Below are positions 1 through 15,000 of a DNA stretch of 64,000 nt, in pieces (the stretch's first letter is position 1; the number at the start of each line of letters is the position of its first letter). The stretch comes from Haplodiscus bocki (taxonomy: Eukaryota), in the NCBI GenBank assembly GCA_965655095.1, contig OZ296656.1, positions 21,390,001-21,454,000 on the forward strand, given 5' to 3'. A program made the translations under genes and the position numbers. Below the pieces are notes generated by a model that worked only from the letters and a program-made list of their open reading frames with translations, was not told the DNA's origin and did not search any database.

Positions 1-3000
1 GTTCCGAAACCGATTGAATGTTATATCCTTTGGAAACTTTGTTTTTGCAAAACTTTCCATCTATTCCAGTTTTGATAGCACCACCACAAATTTCCCAAAC
101 GAATCCAAAATTTCTTACAAAAAGGTTGCAAAAAATTAGTTTGATAAATCATTTCAACTTTCTCTGAACACAAATGTTCTGCTGCACATATAAAAATGCT
201 TTTGTGGCAGACTTGACGAAGATTGTTTGCTCATAGTCAGACTAGTTATCGGCAAGATTCCGGACGAGTATTCAGCCAATAAATCCCAAAAGTGTTCTTT
301 TCGACATAAAGAATGCAGTTCCGAAAGGGCTGCAGAAATTTTCAGCTCAAAGTCCACAAAAACCTGGAAAAAAGTAGTTTTTTATCGGAAAGTGAATTTC
401 AACCAAAATCATTTTCTATAGAAGTAAAATACATTTTTGACAAACCTGCAGAAATTTTTCCGTCCCGAACCCAAATGGCTTTTTTTCAATGTTTCCAAAT
501 ATTTTTAATTTCTGTTAAAAGCGCGTTTGTCGCGAATATGTACACAGCACACGTTAACGGTGCTTTTGACAAACGTGCGACTTTTTTGTCGACAGAAATC
601 CGAACTTTTCACTCAAACTCGGAAATAAATTTTAGTTCATCTGGATTTTCGCAACCAAACTGACCCTCAGGATACGTAAGATGCAGTTTCCACCATGTTG
701 ACGAAAACCTAACGCTCAAACAGTTTGCGCTCAAAATCAGTAAAAATGTATTTTCCTCGCACCAAATTCCCTAAATGTTCCACTAACAACTGAAAAACTA
801 CCTAAACCTCTTGAAACTAGTTTTCAACCACATTTTTTCTCTGTGCACACAAAATGCAGTTCTTGACAACTACACTGAAATGTTTGTGTTCAAAATCAAA
901 GTCCCGACGGTTTCCTGTCGGAACCCCAAAAGAATATATATTTTATTCAAAACATGATTTTGCCAACCAAAATTTGTGGACAAGTAGAATATAGTATACA
1001 CCAAACTGCGGAAAATCTTCCGTTAAAAGTCTGAAGGTGTTTTAATGAGTCCAAAAAAACTATTTTTTGAATAACTCTTCAGATATGTTTCCAACGAAAC
1101 AATTCCTGAAGACATGAAGAAATTACTTTTGTTCCTAATTTTTTGTCATCACAAAGTTCGAACTTGTTTCAATCAACTTTTGCAAAAATTTTATTTTGCA
1201 GGAAGCTGTGAAATGTTTTTCATAACAGAAATAGTTCTTCTCAACCCAAAAAGCAGTTTTCACAAATTTTCAGAATATCTAATCCAAGCATCCGAAAAGT
1301 TATTGATGACTGGGCATTAAAATATCAAAGCTCACAATCTTTTATTTCCGAACTTGTTTGGCGCAAATTGTTCTTCACGACACGGAAATGGACTTTCAAT
1401 AACCGTGCTGTTTTGCCCAAAATCAGTAGTTTTTTCGAACGAAGTTTAAAAAAAACATTGAAAGTTTTTGAACTGTTTCTCAAATGCAATCATTTCCCAG
1501 AAAACGTAAAATGCAGTTTTCACAACACTGCCGAAAAGATTTTGATTGGAGTGAACATAGTGTCCGCCCAAAATCCCAAATTTTTGATAGTTTTTTCCAT
1601 CCAAAATTTTTCTTCTAGAAAGGTCCCATAGACAAAAAGAGTATAGCCGTCACCACTCTTTGCAGATTTTTCCGACGAAAGTCCGGAATTTTTGCTCACA
1701 GCTCCGAAATTAATAGCTCAAACTCCAAAGAGATCTAACAAAATCGAGACCTTTTCATTTCTATTTTCAATCAAACTTTTCCTCTGGACAGCCAAATTGG
1801 AAGTTTGTCAATCCTGCCTTAAAACATTCCCTCAAAGTCCGAAGACTGTCGTTCCGAAACCGATTGAAGGTTATATCCTTTGGAAACTTTGTTTTTGCAA
1901 AACTTTCCATCTATTCCAGTTTTGATAGCACCACCACAAATTTCCCAAACGAATCCAAAATTTCTTACAAAAAGGTTGCAAAAAATTAGTTTGATAAATC
2001 ATTTCAACTTTCTCTGAACACAAATGTTCTGCTGCACATATAGAAATGCTTTTGTGACAGACTTGGCGAAGATTGTTTGCTCAAAGTCAGACTAGTTATC
2101 GGCAAGAGTCCGGACAAGCAGTCAGCCAATAAATCCCAAAAGTGTTCTTTTCGACATATAGAATGCAGTCTCGAAAGCGCTGCAGGAATTTTCAGCTCAA
2201 ATTCCACAAAAACCTGGAAAAAAGTAGTTTTTCATCGGAAAGCGAATTTCAACCAAAATCATTTTCTATAGAAGTAAAATGCAATTTTGACAAACCTGCA
2301 GAAATTTTTCCGTCCCAAACCCAAATGGTTTTTTTCAAAATTTACAAATTTTTTTAATTTTTGTCAAAAGCGCGTTTGTCGCGAATATAGGCACAGCACA
2401 CGTTAAGGTTGCTTTTGACAAACGTGCGACTTTTCTGTCGACAGAAATCAGAACTTTCCACTCAAACTCGGAAATAAATTTTAGTTCTTCTGGATTTTCG
2501 CAACCAAACTGACCCTCAGGACACGTAAGATGCAGTTTCCACCATGTTGACGAAAACCTAACGCTCAAACAGTTTGCGCTCAAAATCAGGAAAAATGTAT
2601 TTTCCTCGCAACAAATTCCCTAAATGTCCCACTAACAACTGAAAAACTGCCTAAACCTTTTGAAACTAGTTTTCAACCACAATTTTTCTCTGTGCACACA
2701 AAATGCAGTTCTTGACAACTACACTGAAATGTTTGTGTTCAAAATCAAAGTCCCAACGGTTTCCAGTCAGAACCCCAAAAAGAATATATATTTTATTCAA
2801 AACATGATTTTGCCAACCAAAATTTGTGGACAAGTAGAATATAGTATACACCAAACTACGGAAAATCTTCCGTTAAAAGTCTGAAGGTGTTTTAATGAGT
2901 CCAAAAAAACTATTTTTTGAATAACTCTTCAGATATGTTTCCAACGAAACAATTCCTGAAGACATGAAAAAATTATTTTTGTTCCTAATTTTTTGTCGTC

Positions 3001-6000
3001 ACAAAGTTCGAACTTGTTTCAATCAACTTTTGCAAAAATTTTATTTTTCAGGAAGCTGTGAAATATTTTTCATAACAGAAATAGTTCTTCTCAACCCAAA
3101 AAGCAGTTTTCACATATTTTCAGAATTTCTAATCCAAACATCCGAAAAGTTATTGATGACTGGGCGTTTAAATATCAAAGCTCATAATCTTTTATTTTAG
3201 AACTTGTTTGGCGCAAATTTTTCTTCATGACACGGAAATGGACTTCCTTTAACCGTGCTTTTTTGCCCAAAATCAGTAGTTTTTTCGAACGAAGTTTAAA
3301 GAGAACATAGAAAGTTTTTGAACTGTTTATCAAATGCAATTAATTTCCAGAAAACATAAAATGCAGTTTTAACAACCCTGCCGAAAAACTTTTGATTGGA
3401 GTGAACATAGTGTCCGCCCAAAATCCCAAATTTTTGATAGTTTTTTCCATACAAAATGTTTCTTCTTGAAAGGTCCCGTAGACAAAAAGAGTATAGCCGT
3501 CACCACTCTTTGCAGATTTTTCCGACGAAAGTTCGAAATTTTTGCCGAGAGCTCGGAAATTATTAGCTCAAACTCCTAAGAGATCTAACAAAATCAAGAT
3601 CTTTTCAATTTTTTTTCAATCAAACTTTTCCTCTGGACAGCCAAAATGGAAGTTTGTCAACCCTGTCGTAAAACTTTCCCTCAAAGTCCGAAGACTGTTG
3701 TTCCGAAACCGATTGAATGTTATATCCTTTGGAAACTTTGTTTTTGCAAAACTTTCCATCTATTCCAGTTTTGATAGCACCACCACAAATTTCCCAAACG
3801 AATCCAAAATTTCTTACACTCAGGTTGCAAAAATTTAGTTTGATAAATCATTTCAACTTTCTCTGAACACAAATGTTCTGCTGCACATATAGAAATGCTT
3901 TTGGGACAGACTTGGCGAAGATTGTTTGCTCAAAGTCAGACTAGTTATCGGCAAGAGTCCGGACAAGCAGTCAGCCAATAAATCCCAAAAGTGTTCTTTT
4001 CGACATATAGAATGCAGTCTCGAAAGCGCTGCAGGAATTTTCAGCCCAAAGTCCACAAAAACCTGGAAAAAAATAGTTTTTCATCGGAAAGTGAATTTCA
4101 ACCAAAATCTTTTTCTAGAGAAGTAAAATGCAGTTTTGACAAACCTGCAGAAATTTTTCCGCCCCAAACCCAAATTGCTTTTTTCAATGTTCATTTTTTT
4201 AAATTTTTGTTAAAAGCGCGTTCGTCACAAATTTATCTACAGCACACGATAAGTGTACTTCTCACAAACGTGCTACTTTTTTGTCGCCAGAAATCCGAAC
4301 TTTTCACTCAAACTCAGAAATAAGTTCTAGTTCATCTGGATTCTCGCAACCAAACTGACACTCAGGACACGTAAGATGCAGTTTCCACCATGTTGACGAA
4401 AACCTAACGCTCAAACAGTTTGCGCTCAAAATCAGGAGAAATGTATTTTCCTCGCACCAAATTCCCTAAATGTCCCACTAACAACTGAAAAACTACCTAA
4501 ACCTTTTGAAATTAGTTTTCAACCACATTTTTTCTCTGTGCACACAAAATGCAGTTCTTGACAACTACACTGAATTGTTTCTGTTCAAAATCAAAGTACG
4601 AAAAGTTTCCTGTGAGAACCGCAAAAAGAATATATAATTTATTCAAAAAACGATTTTGTCAACCAAATTTTGTGGACAAGTAGAATATAGTATACACCAT
4701 CCTGCGGAAAATCTTCCATTAAAAGTCTGAAGGTGTTTTAATGAGTCCAAAGAAAACTATTTTTTGAAAAACTCTTCAGATATGTTTCCAACGAAACAAT
4801 TCCTGAAGACATGAAAAAATTATTTTTGTTCCTAATTTTTTGTCGTCACAAAGTTCGAACTTGTTTCAATCAACTTTTGCAAAAATTTTATTTTTCAGGA
4901 AGCTGTGAAATATTTTTCATAACAGAAATAGTTCTTCTCAACCCAAAAAGCAGTTTTCACATATTTTCAGAATTTCTAATCCAAACATCCGAAAAGTTAT
5001 TGATGACTGGGCGTTTAAATATCAAAGCTCATAATCTTTTATTTTAGAACTTGTTTGGCGCAAATTTTTCTTCATGACACGGAAATGGACTTCCTTTAAC
5101 CGTGCTTTTTTGCCCAAAATCAGTAGTTTTTTCGAACGAAGTTTAAAGAGAACATAGAAAGTTTTTGAACTGTTTATCAAATGCAATTAATTTCCAGAAA
5201 ACATAAAATGCAGTTTTAACAACCCTGCCGAAAAACTTTTGATTGGAGTGAACATAGTGTCCGCCCAAAATCCCAAATTTTTGATAGTTTTTTCCATACA
5301 AAATGTTTCTTCTTGAAAGGTCCCGTAGACAAAAAGAGTATAGCCGTCACCACTCTTTGCAGATTTTTCCGATGAAAGTTCGAAATTTTTGCCCAGAGCT
5401 CGGAAATTATTAGCTCAAACTCCTAAGAGATCTAACAAAATCAAGATCTTTTCAATTTTTTTTCAATCAAACTTTTCCTCTGGACAGCCAAAATGGAATT
5501 TTGTCAACCCTGTCGTAAAACTTTCCCTCAAAGTCCGAAGACTGTTGTTCCGAAACCGATTGAATGTTATATCCTTTGGAAACTTTGTTTTTGCAAAACT
5601 TTCCATCTATTCCAGTTTTGATAGCACCACCACAAATTTCCCAAACGAATCCAAAATTTCTTACACTCAGGTTGCAAAAATTTAGTTTGATAAAGCATTT
5701 CAACTTTTCCTGAACACAAATGTTCTGCTGCACATATAAAAATGCTTTTGTGACAGACTTGACGAAGATTGTTTGCTCATCGTCAGACTCGTTATCGGCA
5801 AGAGTCCGGACGAGTATTCAACCAATAAACCCCAAAAGTGTTATTTGCGACATATAGAATGCAGTTTCGAAAGGACTGCGGAAAGTATCAACTCAAAGTC
5901 CACAAAAAGCTTGAAAAAAATAGTTTTTCATGGGAAAGTGAATCTCAAACAAAATCATTTTCTATAGAAGTAAAATGCACTTTTGACAATCCTGCAGAAT

Positions 6001-9000
6001 TTTCTTATGTCCCATACCTAAATGGTTTCTTTCAATGTTTACGAAATGTTTTAATTTTTGTTAAGAGCGGGTTTGTCACGATTATTTACACAGCACACGT
6101 TAAGGGTGCTTTTGACATACGTGCGACTTTTTTTCGCCAGAAATCCGAACTTTTCACTCAAACTCGGAAATAAATTTTAGTTCTTCTGGATTTTCGCAAC
6201 CAAACTGACCCTCAGGACACGTAAGATGCAGTTTCCACCATGTTGACGAAAACCTAACGCTCAAACAGTTTGCGCTCAAAATCAGGAAAAATGTATTTTC
6301 CTCGCAACAAATTCCCTAAATGTCCCACTAACAACTGAAAAACTGCCTAAACCTTTTGAAACTAGTTTTCAACCACATTTTTTCTCTGTGCACACAAAAT
6401 GCCGTTCTTGACAAATACACTGAAATGTTTCTGTTCAAAATCAAAGTCCCGACAGTTTCCAGTCAGAACCCCAAAAAGAATATATATTTTATTCAAAACA
6501 TGATTTTGCCAACCAAAATTTGTGGACAAGTAGAATATAGTATACACCAAATTGCGGAGAGCCGTCCGCTAAAAATCTGAAAGTGCTTTAGTCATTCCGA
6601 GAAAACTAGTTTCTTTGACTGAATCTTCAGATTTGTTTCCAACAAAACAATTCCTGAAGACAAGAAAAAATTAATTTTGTTGCTAATTTTTTCTCCGCAC
6701 AAAGTTCGAACTTATTTCAATCAACTTTTGCAAAAATTCTGTTTTGCAGGAAGCTGGGAAAAATTTTCATAACAAAAATATTTCTCCTCAACGCAAAAAG
6801 CAGTTTTCACAAATTTTCAAAATTTCTATTCCAACCATCCGAAAAGATATTGATGACTGGGCGTATAAATATCAAAGCTGATAATCTTTTTTTTCAGAAC
6901 TTGTTTGGCGCAAATTTTTCTTCATGACACGGAAATGCACTTTCATTAACCGTGTTTTTTTTTTACCAAAATCAGTAGTTTTTTCGCACGAAGTTTAAAA
7001 CTAACATTGAAAGTTTTTGAACTGTTTTTCAAATGCAATCAATTCCCAGAAAACATAAAATGCAGTTTTGACATTCCTGTCGAAAAGCTTTTGATTGGAG
7101 TGAACATAATGTCCGCCCGAAATCCTAAACAATTGTTAGTTTCTTCCATACAAAATGTTTCTTCTAGAAAGGTCCCGTAGACAAAAATAATATAGCCGTC
7201 ACCACTCTTTGCAGATTTTTCCGACGAAAGTCCGGAATTTTTGCTCAGAGCTCGGAAATTAATAGCTCAAACTCCAAAGAGATCTAACAAAATCGAGACC
7301 TTTTCATTTCTATTTTCAATCAAACTTTTCCTCTGGACAGCCAAAATGGAAGTTTGTCAATCCTGCCTTAAAACTTTCCCTCAAAGTCCGAAGACTGTCG
7401 TTCCGAAACCGATTGAATGTTATATCCTTTGGAAACTTTGTTTTTGCAAAACTTTCCATCTATTCCAGTTTTGATAGCACCACCACAAATTTCCCAAACG
7501 AATCCAAAATTTCTTACACTCAGGTTGCAAAAATTTAGTTTGATAAAGCATTTCAACTTTTCCTGAACACAAATGTTCTGCTGCACATATAAAAATGCTT
7601 TTGTGACAGACTTGACGAAGATTGTTTGCTCATTGTCAGACTCGTTATCGGCAAGAGTCCGGACGAGTATTCAACCAATAAACCCCAAAAGTGTTATTTG
7701 CGACATATAGAATGCAGTTTCGAAAGGGCTGCAGGAATTTTCAGCTCAAATTCCACAAAAACCTGGAAAAAAGTAGTTTTTTATCGGAAAGTGAATTTCA
7801 ACCAAAATCATTTTCTATAGAAGTAAAATACATTTTTGACAAACCTGCAGAAATTTTTCCGTCCCGAACCCAAATGGCTTTTTTTCAATGTTTCCAAATA
7901 TTTTTAATTTCTGTTAAAAGCGCGTTTGTCGCGAATATGTACACAGCACACGTTAACGGTGCTTTTGACAAACGTGCGACTTTTTTGTCGACAGAAATCC
8001 GAACTTTTCACTCAAACTCGGAAATAAATTTTAGTTCATCTGGATTCTCGCAACCAAACTGACACTCAGGACACGTAAGATCCAGTTTCCACCATGTTGA
8101 CGAAAACCTAACGCTCAAACAGTTGGCGCTCAAAAATCAGGAGAAATGTATTTTCCTCGCACCAAATTCCCTAAATGTCCCACTAACAACTGAAAAATTA
8201 CCTAAACCTTTCGAAATTAGTTTTCAACCTCAATTTTTCTCTGTGCACACAAAATGCAGTTCTTGACAACTACACTGAAATGTTTCTGTTCAAAATCAAA
8301 GGAAGAAAATTTTCCTGTGAGAACCGCAAAGGAATATATTTTTTATACAAAAAACGATTTTGCCAACCAAATTTTGTGGACAATTAGAATATAGTATACA
8401 CCATCCTGCGGAAAATCTTCCGTTAAAAGTCTGAAGGTGTTTTGATCAGTCAAAAAAAACTATTTTTTGAATAACTCTTCAGATATGTTTCCAACGAAAC
8501 AATTCCTGAAGACATGAAAAAATTAATTTTGTTCCTAATTTTTTTCTGGCACAAAGTTCGAAATTTTTCAATCAACTTTTGCAAAAATTTTATTTTGCAG
8601 GAAGCTGTGAAACGATTTCATAACAAACACATTTCTTCTCAACGCAAAAAGCAGTTTTCACAAATTTCCAAAATTTCTAATCCAAACATCCGAAAAGTTA
8701 TTGATGACTGGGCGTATAAATATCAAAGCTGATAATCTTTTTTTTCAGAACTTGTTTGGCGCAAATTTTTCTTCATGACACGGAAATGCACTTTCATTAA
8801 CCGTGTTTTTTTTTTACCAAAATCAGTAGTTTTTTCGCACGAAGTTTAAAACTAACATTGAAAGTTTTTGAACTGTTTTTCAAATGCAATCAATTCCCAG
8901 AAAACATAAAATGCAGTTTTGACATTCCTGTCGAAAAGCTTTTGATTGGAGTGAACATAATGTCCGCCCGAAATCCTAAACAATTGTTAGTTTCTTCCAT

Positions 9001-12000
9001 ACAAAACGTTTCTTCTAGAAAGGTCCCGTAGACAAAAATAATATAGCCGTCACCACTCTTTGCAGATTTTTCCGATGAAAGTCCGAAAATTTTGCTCAGA
9101 GCTCGGAAATTATTAGCTCAAACTCCAAAGAGATCTAACAAAATCAAGACCTTTTCATTTTTTTTCAATCAAACTTTTCCTCTGGACAGCCAAAAATGAA
9201 GTTTGTCAACCCTGCCGTAAAACTTTCCCTCAAAGTCCGAAGACTCTTGTTCCGAAAGCGAATGAAATTTTTATCCTTTGGAAACTTTGTTTGTGCAAAA
9301 CTTTCGATCTATTCCAGTTTTGATAGCTCCGCCACAAATTTCTCAATCGAATCCAAAATTTCTTACACTAAGGTTGCAAAAAATTAGTTTGATAAACCAT
9401 TTCAACTTTCTCCGACCACAAATGTTCTGCTGCACATCTAAAAAAGTTTTTGTGACAGACTTGGCGAAGATTGTTTGCTCATAGTCAGAATACTTATCGG
9501 CAAAAGTCCGGACGAGTGTTCAGCCAATAAATCCCAAAAGTGTTCTTTTCGACATATAGAATGCAGTTTCGAAAGGGCTGCAGAAATTTTCAGCTCAAAG
9601 TCCACAAAAACCTGGAAAAAAGTAGTTTTTCATCGGAAAGTGAATTTCAACCAAAATCTTTTTCTAGAGAAGTAAAATGCAGTTTTGACAAACCTGCAGA
9701 AAATTTTCCGCCCCAAACCCAAATGGCTTTTTTCAATGTTCATTTTTTTAAATTTTTGTTAAAAGCGCGTTCGTCACAAATTTATCTACATCACACGATA
9801 AGTGTACTTCTCACAAACGTGCTACTTTTTTGTCGCCAGAAATCCGAACTTTTCATTCAAACTCAGAAATAAGTTCTAGTTCATCTGGATTCTTGCAACC
9901 AAACTGACACTCAGGACACGTAAGATGCAGTTTCCACCATGTTGACGAAAACCTAACACTCAAACAGTTTGCGCTCAAAATCAGGAGAAATGTATTTTCC
10001 TCGCACCAAATTCCCTAAATGTCCCACTAACAACTGAAAAACTACCTAAACCTTTTGAAATTAGTTTTCAACCCCAATTTCTCTCTGTGCACACAAAATA
10101 CAGTTCTTGACAACTACACTGAAATGTTTTTGTTCAAAATCAAAGTACGAAAAATTTCCTGTGAGAACCGCAAAAAGAATATATAATTTATTCAAAAAAC
10201 GATTTTGTCAACCAAATTTTGCGGACAAGTAGAATATAGTATACACCATCCTGCGGAAAATCTTCCGTTAAAAAACTGAAGGTGTTTTAATGAGTCCAAA
10301 AAAAACTATTTTTTGAATAACTCTTCAGATATGTTTCCAACGAAACAATTCCTGAAGACATGAAAAAATTAATTTTGTTCCTAATTTTTTTCTGGCACAA
10401 AGTTCGAACTTTTTCAATCAACTTTTGCAAAAATTTTATTTTGCAGGAAGCTGTGAAACGATTTCATAACAAACACATTTCTTCTCAACGCAAAAAGCAG
10501 TTTTCACAAATTTCCAAAATTTCTAATCCAAACATCCGAAAAGTTATTGATGACTGGGCGTATAAATATCAAAGCTGATAATCTTTTTTTTCAGAACTTG
10601 TTTGGCGCAAATTTTTCTTCATGACACGGAAATGCACTTTCATTAACCGTGTTTTTTTTTTACCAAAATCAGTAGTTTTTTCGCACGAAGTTTAAAACTA
10701 ACATTGAAAGTTTTTGAACTGTTTTTCAAATGCAATCAATTCCCAGAAAACATAAAATGCAGTTTTGACATTCCTGTCGAAAAGCTTTTGATTGGAGTGA
10801 ACATAATGTCCGCCCGAAATCCTAAACAATTGTTAGTTTCTTCCATACAAAACGTTTCTTCTAGAAAGGTCCCGTAGACAAAAATAATATAGCCGTCACC
10901 ACTCTTTGCAGATTTTTCCGATGAAAGTCCGAAAATTTTGCTCAGAGCTCGGAAATTATTAGCTCAAACTCCAAAGAGATCTAACAAAATCAAGACCTTT
11001 TCATTTTTTTTCAATCAAACTTTTCCTCTGGACAGCCAAAAATGAAGTTTGTCAACCCTGCCGTAAAACTTTCCCTCAAAGTCCGAAGACTCTTGTTCCG
11101 AAAGCGAATGAAATTTTTATCCTTTGGAAACTTTGTTTGTGCAAAACTTTCGATCTATTCCAGTTTTGATAGCTCCGCCACAAATTTCTCAATCGAATCC
11201 AAAATTTCTTACACTAAGGTTGCAAAAAATTAGTTTGATAAACCATTTCAACTTTCTCCGAACACAAATGTTCTGCTGCACATCTAAAAAAGTTTTTGTG
11301 ACAGACTTGGCGAAGATTGTTTGCTCATAGTCAGAATACTTATCGGCAAAAGTCCGGACGAGTGTTCAGCCAATAAATCCCAAAAGTGTTCTTTTCGACA
11401 TATAGAATGCAGTTTCGAAAGGGCTGCAGAAATTTTCAGCTCAAAGTCCACAAAAACCTGGAAAAAAGTAGTTTTTCATCGGAAAGTGAATTTCAACCAA
11501 AATCTTTTTCTAGAGAAGTAAAATGCAGTTTTGACAAACCTGCAGAAAATTTTCCGCCCCAAACCCAAATGGCTTTTTTCAATGTTCATTTTTTTAAATT
11601 TTTGTTAAAAGCGCGTTCGTCACAAATTTATCTACATCACACGATAAGTGTACTTCTCACAAACGTGCTACTTTTTTGTCGCCAGAAATCCGAACTTTTC
11701 ATTCAAACTCAGAAATAAGTTCTAGTTCATCTGGATTCTTGCAACCAAACTGACACTCAGGACACGTAAGATGCAGTTTCCACCATGTTGACGAAAACCT
11801 AACACTCAAACAGTTTGCGCTCAAAATCAGGAGAAATGTATTTTCCTCGCACCAAATTCCCTAAATGTCCCACTAACAACTGAAAAACTACCTAAACCTT
11901 TTGAAATTAGTTTTCAACCCCAATTTCTCTCTGTGCACACAAAATACAGTTCTTGACAACTACACTGAAATGTTTTTGTTCAAAATCAAAGTACGAAAAA

Positions 12001-15000
12001 TTTCCTGTGAGAACCGCAAAAAGAATATATAATTTATTCAAAAAACGATTTTGTCAACCAAATTTTGCGGACAAGTAGAATATAGTATACACCATCCTGC
12101 GGAAAATCTTCCGTTAAAAGTCTGAAGGTGTTTTAATGAGTCCAAAAAACAACTATTTTTTGAATAACTCTTCAGATATGTTTCCAACGAAACAATTCCT
12201 GAAGACATGAAAAAATTACTTTTGTTCCTAATTTTTTTCCTCACAAAGTTCGAAATTATTTCAAACAACTTTCGCAAAAATTTTAATTTGCAGGAAGCTG
12301 TGAAACATTTTTCATAACAAAAATATTTTTTCGCAACGCAAAAAGCAGTTTTCACAATTTTTCAGAATTTCTAATCCAAACATCCGAAAAGTTATTGATG
12401 ACTGGGCATTAAAATATCAAAGCTCACAATCTTTTATTTCAGAACTTGTTTGGCGCAAATTGTTCTTCACGACACGGAAATGGACTTTCAATAACCGTGC
12501 TTTTTTGCCCAAAATCAGTAGTTCTTTCGAACGAAGTTTAAAGAGAACATAGAAAGTTTTTGAACTGTTTATCAAATGCAATTAATTTCCAGAAAACATA
12601 AAATGCAGTTTTAACAACCCTGCCGAAAAACTTTTGATTGGAGTGAACATAGTGTCCGCCCAAAATCCCAAATTTTTGATAGTTTTTTCCATACAAAATG
12701 TTTCTTCTTGAAAGGTCCCGTAGACAAAAAGAGTATAGCCGTCACCACTCTTTGCAGATTTTTCCGACGAAAGTTCGAAATTTTTGCCGAGAGCTCGGAA
12801 ATTATTAGCTCAAACTCCTAAGAGATCTAACAAAATCAAGATCTTTTCAATTTTTTTTCAATCAAACTTTTCCTCTGGACAGCCAAAAATGAAGTTTGTC
12901 AACCCTGCCGTAAAACTTTCCCTCGAAGTCCGAAGACTCTTGAACCGAAACCGAATGAATTTTATATCCTTTGGAAACTTTGTTTCTGCAAAACTTTCCA
13001 TCTATTCCAGTTTTGATAGCATCGCCACAAATTTCTCAATCGAATCCAATTTTTCTTTCGCTAAGGTTGCAAAAAATTAGTTTGATGAATCATTCCAACT
13101 ATCTCTGAACACAAATGTTCTGCTGCACATATAAAAATGCTTTTGTGGCAGACTTGACGAAGATTGTTTGCTCATAGTCAGACTAGTTATCGGCAAGAGT
13201 CCGGACGAGTATTCAGCCAATAAATCCCAAAAGTGTTCTTTTCGACATATAGAATGCAGTTCCGAAAGGGCTGCAGAAATTTTCAGCTCAAAGTCCACAA
13301 AAACCTGGAAAAAAGTAGTTTTTCGTCGGAAAGTGAATTTCAACCAGAATCATTTTCTATAGAAGTAAAATGCAGTTTTGACAAACCTGCAGAAATTTTT
13401 CCGCCCCAAACCCAAATGGCTTTTTTCAATGTTCACATTTTTTAATTTTTGTTAAAAGCGCGTTCGTCTCAACTTTATCTACAGCACACGATAAGTGTAC
13501 TTCTGACAAATGTGCTACTTTCTTGTCGCCAGAATTCCGCACTTTTCACTCAAATTCGGAAAAAAAAATCTTACGTCATCTGGATTTTCCCAACCGAATT
13601 GACCCTAGGGACACGTAAGATGAAGTTTTCACCATGTTGACGAAAACATTTCGCTCAAACAGTTTGCGTTCAAAATCAGGAAAAAAGTATTTTCCTCGCA
13701 CCAAATTCACTAAATGTCCCACTAACATTTGAAAAACTACCTAAACCTTGTGAAATTAGTTTTCAATCACATTTTTTCTCTGTGCACACAAAATGCAGTT
13801 CTTGACAATTACACTGAAATGTTTCTGATCAAAATCAAAGTACGAAAAGTTTCCTGTGAGAACCGCAAAAAGAATACATAATTTATTCAAAAAACGATTT
13901 CGTCAACCAAATTTTGTGGACAAGTAGAATATAGTATACACCATCCTGCGGAAAATCTTCCGTTAAAAAACTGAAGGTGTTTTAATGAGTCCAAAAAAAA
14001 CTATTTTTTGAATAACTCTTCAGATATGTTTCCAACGAAACAATTCCTGAAGACATGAAAAAATTAATTTTGTTCCTAATTTTTTTCTGGCACAAAGTTC
14101 GAACTTTTTCAATCAACTTTTGCAAAAATTTTATTTTGCAGGAAGCTGTGAAACGATTTCATAACAAACATATTTCTTCTCAACGCAAAAAGCTGTTTTC
14201 ACAAGTTTTCAGAATTTCTAATCCAAACATCCGACAAGTTATTGATGACTGGGCGTATAAATATCAAAGCTCATAATCTTTTTTTTCAGAACTTGTTTTG
14301 CGCAAATTGTTCTTCAAGACACGGAAATGGACTTTCATTAATCGTGCTTTTTTGCCCAAAATCAGTAGTTTTTTCGAACGAAGTTTAAAAAGAACATTGA
14401 AAGTTTTTGAACTGTTTTTCAATAAAATCATTTCCCAGAAAAAATAAAATGCAGTTTTGACAACCCTGCCGAAAAACTTTCCCTCGAAGTCCGAAGACTC
14501 TTGAACCGAAACCGAATGAATTTTATATCCTTTGGAAACTTTGTTTCTGCAAAACTTTCCATCTATTCCAGTTTTGATAGCATCGCCACAAATTTCTCAA
14601 TCGAATCCAATTTTTCTTTCGCTAAGGTTGCAAAAAATTAGTTTGATGAATCATTCCAACTATCTCTGAACACAAATGTTCTGCTGCACATATAAAAATG
14701 CTTTTGTGGCAGACTTGACGAAGATTGTTTGCTCATAGTCAGACTAGTTATCGGCAAGAGTCCGGACGAGTATTCAGCCAATAAATCCCAAAAGTGTTCT
14801 TTTCGACATATAGAATGCAGTTCCGAAAGGGCTGCAGAAATTTTCAGCTCAAAGTCCACAAAAACCTGGAAAAAAGTAGTTTTTCGTCGGAAAGTGAATT
14901 TCAACCAGAATCATTTTCTATAGAAGTAAAATGCAGTTTTGACAAACCTGCAGAAATTTTTCCGCCCCAAACCCAAATGGCTTTTTTCAATGTTCACATT

